Positions 31,627 to 40,453 of a DNA stretch of 64,000 nt are shown here, one piece after another. The translations under genes were made by a program, and so were the position numbers. This DNA is from Candidatus Latescibacterota bacterium (GTDB lineage Bacteria > Krumholzibacteriota > Krumholzibacteriia > WVZY01 > JAKEHA01), in assembly GCA_963707635.1 (NCBI GenBank), contig OY970173.1, forward strand, positions 2,144,001 to 2,208,000, in the 5' to 3' direction. Each line of letters begins with the position of its first letter. Within the stretch, counting starts at the first letter, position 1. The notes under the pieces are model-generated. The model made no database searches, was not told the origin of the DNA, and saw only the letters and a program-made list of their open reading frames with translations.

Positions 31627-31997
31627 CCGTCGGTGCCGAAGTAATTCTCTTCCAGGATGGCCCGGAGGTCGATCTCCTGGTCGAAGTCGGCGCGCGTATC
31701 CTCCTCGCGCTTCGACAGCACACCGGCGTCGATCAACTGGAAGACGATCTCGCCTACGTCGCTCCCCGCGCGTATCCCCCACGAACGCAGGACCGTGAGG
31801 GCCATCAGTCCGTAGACGCGGCGGGCGTGCTCACAGGCGCCGGCCAAGAGCTCGGCCGCGCTGACGTGGCGGCGCTCCCCAGCCGAGCGAACGGTCGCGT
31901 CCAGCGCTTCCATCACGAACGCATACGCCTCCGGCCGGTAGCGACCGTCCGCCGCGCGGATCCGCTCGACCAACAACCAGAATTCCGAGCCCGACAC
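31623..31997 (-). CDS. Minf_1886-family protein (described as Verrucomicrobia/Planctomycetes-restricted)
   Basis: RYRPEAYAFVMEAL, RHVSAAELL, YGLMALTVLRSWGI...DVGEIVFQLI, EDTRADF. Confidence 0.75.
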   Translation of the reverse strand: MSGSEFWLLVERIRAADGRYRPEAYAFVMEALDATVRSAGERRHVSAAELLAGACEHARRVYGLMALTVLRSWGIRAGSDVGEIVFQLIDAGVLSKREEDTRADFDQEIDLRAILEENYFGTDG

Positions 31998-31998
31998 G

Positions 31999-33135
31999 TC
32001 AGCCCTCCACCAGCCGGTGGTACGCGCGCACGTACTGCGCGACCACCCGGTCCCGGTTGAACTCCTGGACGGCGCGCTCCCGCGCGGCCCGCCCGATCGA
32101 CCGGCGCAGCTCTTCGTTCTTGAACAGCCCCACCACGATCGCCTTCATGCACGGGACGTCGTTGGGATCGCACAGGTATCCGGTCTGTTCGTGGGCGATG
32201 ACCTCGGGCAGTCCGCCGATTTTCGACCCGACCACGGGCACCCCGCAGCTCATCGCCTCGAGCGCGGCCAGCCCGAAGCTCTCGTGCTGGCTGGGGAGCA
32301 GGAACACGTCGGCGGCCGGGAGCAGGTCGGCGATGTATTCCTGGTCGCCCAGAAACACCACTTTTTCCTCGAGGCCGAGTTCCTCGGATCGGCGCTCGAC
32401 CGCCTCGCGCTCCGGGCCGTCGCCGACCAGGACCAGGCGGGTCGGGATCAAGCGCTGTACTTCATTGAATACTTCAACTACGACCGGCAGGTTCTTGACT
32501 TTACGGAAGTTGGAGACGTGCATCATGACGCGCTCCCCGTGCGGGGACAGCCGTGCGCGGACGGCGGGATCGCACTCGGCGCGAAACAGCTCGGTGTCGA
32601 CGAAGTTGTAGATCACCTCGATGGGGCTCTCGATTCGAAACTCACGGATGGTTTCCTTGCGCAGGAACTCAGACACCGCCGTGACCGCGTCGCTCTTCTC
32701 GATGCTGAAGCGCGTGATCTCATAGTACGAGGGCATCATCCCGACCAGCGTGATGTCCGTGCCGTGCAGCGTGGTCATGGTGGGGAGTCGCTGCGGCTTG
32801 AGCATCTCGCGGGCGAGAAACGCAGAGGCGGCGTGCGGAATCGCATAGTGGACGTGCACCAGGTCGAGGGCGTACTGCTCCGCGACCTCGCGAATCTTCA
32901 CCGAGAGGCTCAGGGAATACGGGGTGTACCCCTGGAACAGCGGGTATTCACCGGTCACCACCTTGTGGAAATACACGCGCTCGTCGTAACCGACCAGACG
33001 CGACGGGTGACTCGAGGTGATGAAATGGACGTCGTTGCCCAGCCGCGCGAGCGATTTACCCAGTTCGGTGGCCACCACCCCGCTTCCGCCCAGGGTGGGA
33101 TAGCAGACGATCCCGATCTTCAGCGCTCGCGGCAC
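31999..33135 (-). CDS. bshA: N-acetyl-alpha-D-glucosaminyl L-malate synthase
   Basis: KIGIVCYPTLGGSGVVATELG, HVHYAIPHA, TTLHGTDITLVG, HVSNFRKVK, ESFGLAALEAM. Confidence 0.95.
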   Translation of the reverse strand: MPRALKIGIVCYPTLGGSGVVATELGKSLARLGNDVHFITSSHPSRLVGYDERVYFHKVVTGEYPLFQGYTPYSLSLSVKIREVAEQYALDLVHVHYAIPHAASAFLAREMLKPQRLPTMTTLHGTDITLVGMMPSYYEITRFSIEKSDAVTAVSEFLRKETIREFRIESPIEVIYNFVDTELFRAECDPAVRARLSPHGERVMMHVSNFRKVKNLPVVVEVFNEVQRLIPTRLVLVGDGPEREAVERRSEELGLEEKVVFLGDQEYIADLLPAADVFLLPSQHESFGLAALEAMSCGVPVVGSKIGGLPEVIAHEQTGYLCDPNDVPCMKAIVVGLFKNEELRRSIGRAARERAVQEFNRDRVVAQYVRAYHRLVEG

Positions 33136-33136
33136 G

Positions 33137-33865
33137 TCACGGCTCCGGCGTCGTCAGCGCTCCGAGATCGCGCAGCGCGATCGGCGCGAGCAGCGAGAAT
33201 GCCTCCCCGTAGGTCGCCCCGACGCGCCGCCCCGCGACCACGGCCCGGGCGCGGACCGCGTCGAAGAACCTCGGGTCAGTGAGCGGGGTGGCGAGCGCGC
33301 CCGAACCGGCGCCTACCTGGCTGGCGTGCGCCTGGATCGCGCGCAGCTTGGTCTCGTGGACGGCGGTGATGTCCACCACCACGTCGGGGCGCACCTCCCG
33401 GCGACCCGAATACACCAGCGCGCGGCCGACTCTCCAGCGCTCCTGCCGGATCGTCTCCACCTCGGTGACGTATCCGTTCACGTTGGCGAGAAACAACGCG
33501 CGCTGCACCAGTATTCCCCCGCACGCGTGGTCGGGATGCGGATCGTCGGGATTGGGAACCAGGGCCACTTGCGGGCGATAGGCGCGAATCATCCGCACGA
33601 CGGCGAGCATCTGGGCCGGGTCCTCGCTGCGCACCCCCGCGTCGGGGAGCATGGCGTTCACGCGCCGCGCGCACCCCAGGATCGTGGCAGCCGCGCGCGC
33701 TTCTTCGGCCCGCTCTTCGACCGTCCCGTTGCTGGACGACTCTCCGCGCGTGAGGTCGAGTATCGTCACCTCGTCGCCACGCGCCGCGCACACCGCCACG
33801 GTCCCGCCGCAGCTGATCTCCACGTCGTCGGGGTGTATGCCGATTGCCATCACGCGCATGTTCAT
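33137..33865 (-). CDS. bshB1: Bacillithiol biosynthesis deacetylase (PIG-L family)
   Basis: HPDDVEISCGGT, DLTRGE, HPDH, AHASQ, YGEAF; lies between bshC and bshA. Confidence 0.88.
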   Translation of the reverse strand: MNMRVMAIGIHPDDVEISCGGTVAVCAARGDEVTILDLTRGESSSNGTVEERAEEARAAATILGCARRVNAMLPDAGVRSEDPAQMLAVVRMIRAYRPQVALVPNPDDPHPDHACGGILVQRALFLANVNGYVTEVETIRQERWRVGRALVYSGRREVRPDVVVDITAVHETKLRAIQAHASQVGAGSGALATPLTDPRFFDAVRARAVVAGRRVGATYGEAFSLLAPIALRDLGALTTPEP

Positions 33866-35460
33866 CACACCGAATATACACCATGCCACACACGTCCGTC
33901 TAACGCGTCGCGCGCGTGCGCGACCGCGAGGGCGTCGAGCGCTTCCCACCCGGCCCCGCCGTGGGCGAGAAACAGAACCAGGAGCGAAAGGTATCTTTCC
34001 TGCGGCCGTCCGTCGCGGGCAAACACGTCCAGCAGGCGCGGGAGGTACGGCCAGCGTGCGCGCGCGCCGCGACTGTCCTGCTCGATGGCGCCAGCGAGCG
34101 CCTGCGAGAGGCGCTGCGCAACGTCGTCCAGGCGCTTTCGCAGCCGCTGGTGCTCGCGTCCGTCCATGCGGTCTCCGGCCAGCGCGGCGAACCGTGCCGC
34201 TTCGCCACGAAACGCCGCCTCCACCTGCGCCGCCGCCGCGACGAATTCGGTGTCCAGCGCCGAGGCCTCGGCCGCGCGCGCAAACGCCGCCGGGTCGGTG
34301 GCGAGCAGCGCCGCGTCCACGCCAGTGGCGTCGATCAACTCGCGCACGGCCGCCGGCACGAACGTGGCCATCAGGCGGGGCACCGCGACCGGCATCGGCA
34401 CGCGCAACTCGCGGTACACGTCGACCAGCTGGGCCCGGTAGGCCACCTCGGCCGGGCCGATCACGACCGCGGCGGGCGCCAGCGCGGCGTCCTGGAGGAG
34501 GTTGCGCGCGACGACACCGGGAGAGACCCGCGTGATATCCGCCTCGAACTCCGCGCGCGCCGCCTCTCGCCGGTCCATTGGGATGCGATGCCGGATTCCG
34601 TCCCGCACCAGAAAGAGGCCGGAGTCGTCCCCGCCGCGGAGCTGGGCGTGGTATCCCAACGCCTCGAGCGTGGCCGCGCGAACGTCGATAAGCTCACGAA
34701 TTCGCAGTTCGCAATCGAGGAACTCGAGCAGCAAGTCGGCTGCGCACACGCGCAGCATCGGCTCGCGCCCGTCGATTACCGCAATCGCGCCCTGCGTCAC
34801 CCACGCCACCACCCGCGCGGCGGCGTCCGCAAAATCGGCGGACGGCGCCACCACGCGCTCGACCCCGCTACGCGCGTCGCCGCCGCCCGTCAGTGGCGCC
34901 ACCGCCCGCCAGGTCTCGAGGGCGGCGCTCGCATCCATGTCGCCCACGCGCAACCCCGGCCGGTAGGCGCCTGTCGCCACGCTGGCGGCGACTGCCGACA
35001 GGTCGGAGCCCAGCACGACCAGGTCGCGGATCTCCGCGAAGTCGTCGTCGTCGGCGCCGAGCCAGAACACGGGCACGCACGGCGTCCCACGCTCGCGCTC
35101 GATGGAGCGCGCGAGTGCCACCGCCGACGCAATCTTGTACAGCGTGAGCAGCGGCCCCCCGAGCACCCCCGGCTGCTGCCCGGTCACCACCACGCGCGTG
35201 CTCCCGTCGGCGATCCGGGCGATGCGATCCAGGAGTTTCGCGGGAGCCCCGAGACCGGCGTTGAACTCCCGCAGGCGCGCCACCAGCCGCGGGTCGACAC
35301 GCGCGCGCGTCCCGAGTACGCGGGCCCAGACCGCGGGGTCGCCGCGCGACCCGCCCAGCCAGTCATGGAGGGGCGAATCGGCCCGCCGGCAATAGTCGTC
35401 GAAGAGCCGGGTGATTCCGGGGAGGCGCTCGACCGGGACGGTCGTCAACAATCGGTTCAT
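33865..35460 (-). CDS. bshC: Bacillithiol biosynthesis cysteine-adding enzyme BshC (divergent)
   Basis: VVTGQQPGVLGGPLLTLYKI, PVFWLGADDDDFAEI, SPGVVAR, GPAEVAY, PQER. Confidence 0.85.
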   Translation of the reverse strand: MNRLLTTVPVERLPGITRLFDDYCRRADSPLHDWLGGSRGDPAVWARVLGTRARVDPRLVARLREFNAGLGAPAKLLDRIARIADGSTRVVVTGQQPGVLGGPLLTLYKIASAVALARSIERERGTPCVPVFWLGADDDDFAEIRDLVVLGSDLSAVAASVATGAYRPGLRVGDMDASAALETWRAVAPLTGGGDARSGVERVVAPSADFADAAARVVAWVTQGAIAVIDGREPMLRVCAADLLLEFLDCELRIRELIDVRAATLEALGYHAQLRGGDDSGLFLVRDGIRHRIPMDRREAARAEFEADITRVSPGVVARNLLQDAALAPAAVVIGPAEVAYRAQLVDVYRELRVPMPVAVPRLMATFVPAAVRELIDATGVDAALLATDPAAFARAAEASALDTEFVAAAAQVEAAFRGEAARFAALAGDRMDGREHQRLRKRLDDVAQRLSQALAGAIEQDSRGARARWPYLPRLLDVFARDGRPQERYLSLLVLFLAHGGAGWEALDALAVAHARDALDGRVWHGVYSV

Positions 35461-36206
35461 TACGCGCGCGTCCTTTCGCTGTGAATCAGGAGCCTGGACG
35501 ACGTTGCCTCGTCGAACGCAGCCAGCTCGTAGTCCCCGTACACGTTGCGAATCGCCATCCCCGCGCTCTCCAGCATCACGCGCAGATCCTCGAGCCGGTA
35601 GAGCCTGACCCGTTCCACGTACTCCACCGGCGCGCCCAGCGCCGGGCGGTAGATCACGCGTTTCGCGAGCGTCTTCCCGCCGGGTTCCATCCAGCGTGCC
35701 TCGTCGATGGTGGCGTCTCCCGCGCGGCGCTGTGAACTTCCCAGCGCGTCGACCTGCACGGAGCCGGCATTGATGAAGTCGAGCAGGAACGTCCCGCCGG
35801 TACGGAGCACGCGTCCGACCTCGTGAACCACGCGCACATTGTCGAGGTCGGTGTCGAAGTAGCCGAAGCTGGTGAACATGTTGAGGGCGGCGCCGAAGGC
35901 CTCGGAGCGAAACGGCAGCGCGCGCATGTCGCAGCGCACCACCCGCTCCCCGACCCCGCGGCGCAACGCCGCCTGTGTGAGCATGTACTCGGACAGGTCC
36001 ACGCCGAACACTTCGATGCCGGCCTGCGCGAACGCCGCCATGTAACGGCCGCTCCCGCACGCGACGTCGAGCACGGGAGAGGCTCCGCCGACGAGCGGCG
36101 CCAGCCGCTGCGCCACCCGCACCGCCTCCGCTTCGTCGCGGTGCGCGTAGACAGCCGGGTAGAGCTGGCCGAACGCGATCTCGTACCAGTCGTCGGGCAT
36201 GGTCAT
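35460..36206 (-). CDS. Class I SAM-dependent methyltransferase (candidate bacillithiol N-methyltransferase)
   Basis: VLDVACGSGR, GVDLS, DMR, NMFTSFGYF, ERVRLY; stop overlaps the bshC start (TAATG). Confidence 0.85.
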   Translation of the reverse strand: MTMPDDWYEIAFGQLYPAVYAHRDEAEAVRVAQRLAPLVGGASPVLDVACGSGRYMAAFAQAGIEVFGVDLSEYMLTQAALRRGVGERVVRCDMRALPFRSEAFGAALNMFTSFGYFDTDLDNVRVVHEVGRVLRTGGTFLLDFINAGSVQVDALGSSQRRAGDATIDEARWMEPGGKTLAKRVIYRPALGAPVEYVERVRLYRLEDLRVMLESAGMAIRNVYGDYELAAFDEATSSRLLIHSERTRA

Positions 36207-37792
36207 TCCGCCGCCGGATCCAGCACGGTGTCGTGGAGAAAATGCGCGTCGTCGCGCTCGGGGTAGGTCTCGGTGTAGTGGAGCCCGCGGCTCTCCCGGC
36301 GGCTCAGCGCCGCTTCGATAACCAGCCGCCCCACCCGGATGATGTTGCGCAGCTCCAGCAGGTCCAGGGTGACCCGGCTGCGCCAGTACTGCGCGTCCAC
36401 GGTCTCCTCGAACATGGCCATGCGCCGGCGGGCGATGGCGAGACGGGCGTCGCTGCGCACGATGCCCACGTAGTCCCACATGGTGCGCCGCGCCTGGTCC
36501 CAGTCGTGCTCGAGCACCACCGGGTCCGGAGCCCCCGACCCGCCGGGCGCTTCCCACCCCCGCGCCCGTGGAAACGCGGCTCCGCGCTCGAGGCCCTCCG
36601 CGGCAGCGTGATACGCGCGCCGGGCGAACACCAGCGCTTCGAGCAGCGAGTTGCTGGCGAGCCGATTCGCTCCGTGCAAGCCGGTGTGGCTGACCTCGCC
36701 GATGGCCAGCAGGTTCGCGAGCGACGTCCTCCCATCCGCGTCGACATCCACCCCACCGCAGAAGTAGTGCGTCGCCGGCACCACCGGAATCGGCTCGGAG
36801 CGCGGGTCGATGCCGAGCTCGAGGCACCGCTCGAGAATGCTCGGGAACCGTTGTTCCACGAACCCCGCTCGCAGGTGGGTCACGTCCAGGTACACGCACG
36901 GCGCCCCCGACCGTTTCATCTCGGCGTCGATCGCGCGCGCCACCACGTCGCGCGGCGCCAGCTCGGCGCGGGAGTCGTACGCGTCCACGAATGCCGACCC
37001 GTCAGCGCGGACCAGGCGCCCGCCTTCCCCCCGGATGGCTTCGCTCAACAGAAATGACTTTGCCCGCGGGTGGAACAGGCAGGTCGGGTGGAACTGGACG
37101 AATTCCAGATTCGCGATGCGGGCCCCGGCGCGGTAGGCCATCGCCAGCCCGTCGCCGGTCGCGATGTCCGGGTTGGTGGTGTACAGGTAGACCTTTCCCG
37201 CGCCCCCGGTCGCAAGAATGGTGCGCCGCGCCACGAACGCGGACACCCCGCCGCCGTTGACGTCGAGCACGTACGCGCCCCAGACCGCGCGGGGACGCGT
37301 CGTTTCTTCCAGGTGTCTCGACATGATGAGGTCGATCGCCATGTGGTAGGGGTGAACGGAGATGTTTTCGTGGTCGAGCACGGCGTCGAGCAGGCTCGCT
37401 TCGATCTCACGGCCGGTGTGGTCCTTGGAGTGGATGATCCGCTTGCGCGAGTGACCTCCCTCGAGCCCGAGTGCGAGCGTCCCCGCCTCGGTCGTGAACG
37501 AGACCCCGAGGTCCATCAGGCTCCGGATCCGGTCGGGTCCCTCGCGGACCACCATCTCGACCACCTCGCGCCGGCACAATCCGGCCCCCGCCTCCAGCGT
37601 GTCCGCCACGTGGAGATCGAAACGGTCTTCGGTTCCCATCACCGCCGCGATCCCCCCCTGGGCGTAATTGGTGTTCGAGTCGGCCAGGTCCTTCTTGGTG
37701 ACGATCGCCACCGTGCCCCGGCCGGCGAGATCCAGCGCGAGCGAGAGCCCCGCGACGCCGGACCCGATTATGAGAAAGTCGGTCTGGATCAC
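36203..37792 (-). CDS. nadB: L-aspartate oxidase
   Basis: IIGSGVAGL, YAQGGIA, EGGHS, QFHPT, SEAIRGEG, LAPRDVVAR, HYFCGG, LHGANRLASNSLLE, ESRGLHY. The GTG start is inferred. Confidence 0.93.
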   Translation of the reverse strand: MIQTDFLIIGSGVAGLSLALDLAGRGTVAIVTKKDLADSNTNYAQGGIAAVMGTEDRFDLHVADTLEAGAGLCRREVVEMVVREGPDRIRSLMDLGVSFTTEAGTLALGLEGGHSRKRIIHSKDHTGREIEASLLDAVLDHENISVHPYHMAIDLIMSRHLEETTRPRAVWGAYVLDVNGGGVSAFVARRTILATGGAGKVYLYTTNPDIATGDGLAMAYRAGARIANLEFVQFHPTCLFHPRAKSFLLSEAIRGEGGRLVRADGSAFVDAYDSRAELAPRDVVARAIDAEMKRSGAPCVYLDVTHLRAGFVEQRFPSILERCLELGIDPRSEPIPVVPATHYFCGGVDVDADGRTSLANLLAIGEVSHTGLHGANRLASNSLLEALVFARRAYHAAAEGLERGAAFPRARGWEAPGGSGAPDPVVLEHDWDQARRTMWDYVGIVRSDARLAIARRRMAMFEETVDAQYWRSRVTLDLLELRNIIRVGRLVIEAALSRRESRGLHYTETYPERDDAHFLHDTVLDPAAE

Positions 37793-37857
37793 GTCGAGAT
37801 GATCTAAGTACAAGCCGTCTGGAAGGATGCGGCGCCGTGGATCACGGCGTCGTTTCC

Positions 37858-37887
37858 ATGCTAGGCAACGCTTGCCCCGCTTTGCAA
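37858..37887 (-). promoter_or_regulatory. Possible sigma-70 promoter of the nadB-bsh operon
   Basis: TTGCAA-N18-TAGCAT on the minus strand. Confidence 0.4.
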
Positions 37888-38019
37888 CAACGAACCCCTG
37901 CAACACGCAGATTGCACAAACCAGGGGCGGAACCGCTGTGGTGGGCGTGGCCACGTCCGCCGTGGCTCTGCAAGCCCAAGAACCGACGCAGGTTGCTCCC
38001 GGTGGATGGCCAAAGTTGC

Positions 38020-38034
38020 TGGCACGGCGATTGC
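38020..38034 (+). promoter_or_regulatory. Sigma-54 (-24/-12) promoter of the lipoprotein gene
   Basis: TGGCACGGCGATTGC, an exact match to TGGCAC-N5-TTGC. Confidence 0.8.
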
Positions 38035-38117
38035 GAATGCCGCCCCCGGATTACCCACGCTTCTCCAACGAAATCCCTGGGGACAATGTGGGAAACACCA
38101 TTCAGGAGGTAGGTTTC

Positions 38118-38660
38118 ATGGTGAAGCGCCATCTTGCGATCGCGGTCTTGACCGGTGCCCTCGCGCTCGTCGCGTGTGACGACCCGGCCGAGACGGGACG
38201 ATCCATCATCACAGTCAAGGAATTCAATGACGGAACCCCGGTGCAGAGCGATGTCCTCTTCGACGACGGCACCTCCGCGTACGTCCCCGAAGATCTCATC
38301 CAGTGCATTTTCACGAGCCGCCCGTACAATTCGTACATCACCGGCTTCGCGCGCGACGCCGTGATGATCGACCACTATACCATCTCGTGGGAGCGCATCG
38401 ACGGAGGGACCGGCGCACTGGCGACCCGCACGGAAGCCTGCGCCATCTACGTCACGCACGCCGAGGACGCCAACGCCGCCATCCGCCTGGTTACCTGGGA
38501 GGACAAGAGCGGGCCGATCCTCTCCCCGCTGATCGGCAGCGCGGGACAGATTCGCATGCGCGCCACCGTCCAGTTCCACGGACGCGAGGTCGGATCGACG
38601 GCGGAAATGGAGTCTTCGATCACCGTCGACGTGAACTTCGCCGACACGGTCAACACCTAG
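38118..38660 (+). CDS. Hypothetical lipoprotein
   Basis: RBS AGGAGGT; MVKRHLAIAVLTGALALVAC lipobox; beta-rich mature region. Confidence 0.8.
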   Translation: MVKRHLAIAVLTGALALVACDDPAETGRSIITVKEFNDGTPVQSDVLFDDGTSAYVPEDLIQCIFTSRPYNSYITGFARDAVMIDHYTISWERIDGGTGALATRTEACAIYVTHAEDANAAIRLVTWEDKSGPILSPLIGSAGQIRMRATVQFHGREVGSTAEMESSITVDVNFADTVNT

Positions 38661-38705
38661 TTCAGCGCGTTCGGCCTACCTCCGACGCGAGCGTGTCAAA
38701 CACTC

Positions 38706-38741
38706 GAGCGCCGCGGACAACGTCCGCGGCGCTCTTGCTTT
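38706..38741 (+). terminator. Rho-independent terminator between the convergent lipoprotein and lpxK genes
   Basis: Perfect 13-bp stem GAGCGCCGCGGAC-AAC-GTCCGCGGCGCTC followed by TTGCTTT. Confidence 0.8.
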
Positions 38742-38742
38742 G

Positions 38743-39825
38743 TCAAACCGCAACACCCTCCCCGACCCATTCGACGTCGAGCCGCGCGATCCGCACGTCG
38801 ACCCCCTCCCAGTCGAAGTGCTGTAGTTTCACCCAGTCTTTCTCGGTAGTAATGAGCGCTGCGTCCGGCGTCTGCCGGGCGCTCGCCACCAGCGCGTGCG
38901 CGTCGTCCGGCGTATAGACGTGGTGGTCGCGAAAGACCGTGTGCGCCATCACCTCGACGCCCAGGGCCTGTACACTGCGCGCGAACGCGTCCGGCCGCGC
39001 GATACCGGACACGAGCCGCGCCCGCGCCGGCCCGGCTCGTCCACCCTCCACCAGCCGTGTCACTCGCCGCAACCCGTGCACGGGAGTTCCCGCGCGCACC
39101 CAGCGCGCGATACTCGCGCGAGCCCGCGCGACATCGTCCTCGTCGATCGCATCGTTGAACACAATCGCGTCCGCCCGCACGAGCGCGGCAGGGCGCTCGC
39201 GCAGCCTCCCGGCCGGGAGCAACCCGCCACTCACTGTCCGGCGCGCGTCGAGCAGCACGATATCGAGGCTGCGCGGCAGCTGCCAGGTCTGGAACGCGTC
39301 GTCGACGACAACGACCTCTGCGCCGGACGCCATCGCCGCTTCAACTGCACGCCGCTTGTCGCGCGAGAGAAACAGGGCGGCCCCCGGTATCCGGGCCGCC
39401 ACCAACGCCGCCTCGTCCCCCACCTCGCGCGCAAGATCGGGGTGGTCGCGCGCGACGATCCGGGTCGACGGCGACGACCACGCCGCCGCCGGCGACGACG
39501 ACTGCACCACCGTCACCGCGCGCAGGCGGCCCGCGCGCGATCCATAGCCGCGGCTCACGTACGCGCATGCCTCCCCGCGCGCCCCGTGTTCCTCGAGCAG
39601 CAGCATCGCGAGCGGGGTCTTGCCGCTGCCACCCACTTCCAGCGCGCCCACGCTCACCACCCTGGCGGTCCCCTCCACGCGATCGCGTGTCGTGCGGGCG
39701 CGACGCACCAGCGTAGCTCCGGCACCGTAGAGCCACGCCAGCGGCAGCAGCGCCGTGCGGCGGGACGGAGACCCGTCGTCGCAGGGTGACCCGGCGAGCG
39801 TCTCGCGCTCACGCCAGCGCGTCAC
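38743..39825 (-). CDS. lpxK: Tetraacyldisaccharide 4'-kinase
   Basis: VSVGALEVGGSGKTP, SRGYG, GDEA, DDAFQ, LLPAGRLRE, FRDHH, TTEKD. Confidence 0.92.
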   Translation of the reverse strand: MTRWRERETLAGSPCDDGSPSRRTALLPLAWLYGAGATLVRRARTTRDRVEGTARVVSVGALEVGGSGKTPLAMLLLEEHGARGEACAYVSRGYGSRAGRLRAVTVVQSSSPAAAWSSPSTRIVARDHPDLAREVGDEAALVAARIPGAALFLSRDKRRAVEAAMASGAEVVVVDDAFQTWQLPRSLDIVLLDARRTVSGGLLPAGRLRERPAALVRADAIVFNDAIDEDDVARARASIARWVRAGTPVHGLRRVTRLVEGGRAGPARARLVSGIARPDAFARSVQALGVEVMAHTVFRDHHVYTPDDAHALVASARQTPDAALITTEKDWVKLQHFDWEGVDVRIARLDVEWVGEGVAV

Positions 39826-40453
39826 GGTCCGCCTCCCCGGTGATGCGCGTCAGCGAACGCTCGAGCTCGAGGCGGCAGGCCTCCACGGTGTCCCGGTCCG
39901 CCTGCGCCGGCACCCGTACGGGCGCGCCGTAGCGGACGATCACCCGCGTGCCCGGGGCGGGCACCTCGAATGCGTCCCACGAGGCAAGGGTGCGGTGGCG
40001 GCGTGATGCGGAGGTGATCGGCACGATGGCGGCTCCGGTCAGCCTGGCGATCTCGATCGCGCCGGGCTTCACCACGTGGCGCGGGCCGCGCGGGCCGTCG
40101 ACGGTGAGACCCACGTCGAATCCGGAGCGTAAGCGCTGGGCCAGGTCGAGGAGTGCCCGCGTCCCTCCGCGCGTGCTCGACCCTCGCGCGTGGCCGAAGC
40201 CGAGTCGAACGATGGTGCGGCCCAGCATCTCTCCGTCACGGTGTTCGCTGGCCAGGACCTGGATGGGCTGGCCCCGGTGCGTGTACGAGAGCGGCAGCAG
40301 GCGGCCGTGCCAGACAGCGAAGATCACGTTCGGCCCGATTCGTCGCGCCGCCTGCAGGTGCTCTTCGTTCTCCACGCGGATTCGCCACGTCGCCCCGAGG
40401 ACCCGAATGACACCGGCTCCCACCCATGCCACCAGCCCCATGGGCACCCTCAT
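39809..40453 (-). CDS. DUF374 / lysophospholipid acyltransferase family protein
   Basis: FAVWHG, SEHRDGE, RGSSTRGG, TVDGPRGP, SWD. Confidence 0.85.
   Translation of the reverse strand: MRVPMGLVAWVGAGVIRVLGATWRIRVENEEHLQAARRIGPNVIFAVWHGRLLPLSYTHRGQPIQVLASEHRDGEMLGRTIVRLGFGHARGSSTRGGTRALLDLAQRLRSGFDVGLTVDGPRGPRHVVKPGAIEIARLTGAAIVPITSASRRHRTLASWDAFEVPAPGTRVIVRYGAPVRVPAQADRDTVEACRLELERSLTRITGEADRDALA

Noticed and set aside
37793..38010. Possible NAD riboswitch upstream of nadB
   Set aside because: Only a simple hairpin (37831-37851) is present; the CAACAAC-like string is on the opposite strand and I could not fit the nadA-motif structure. An Infernal search would settle it.
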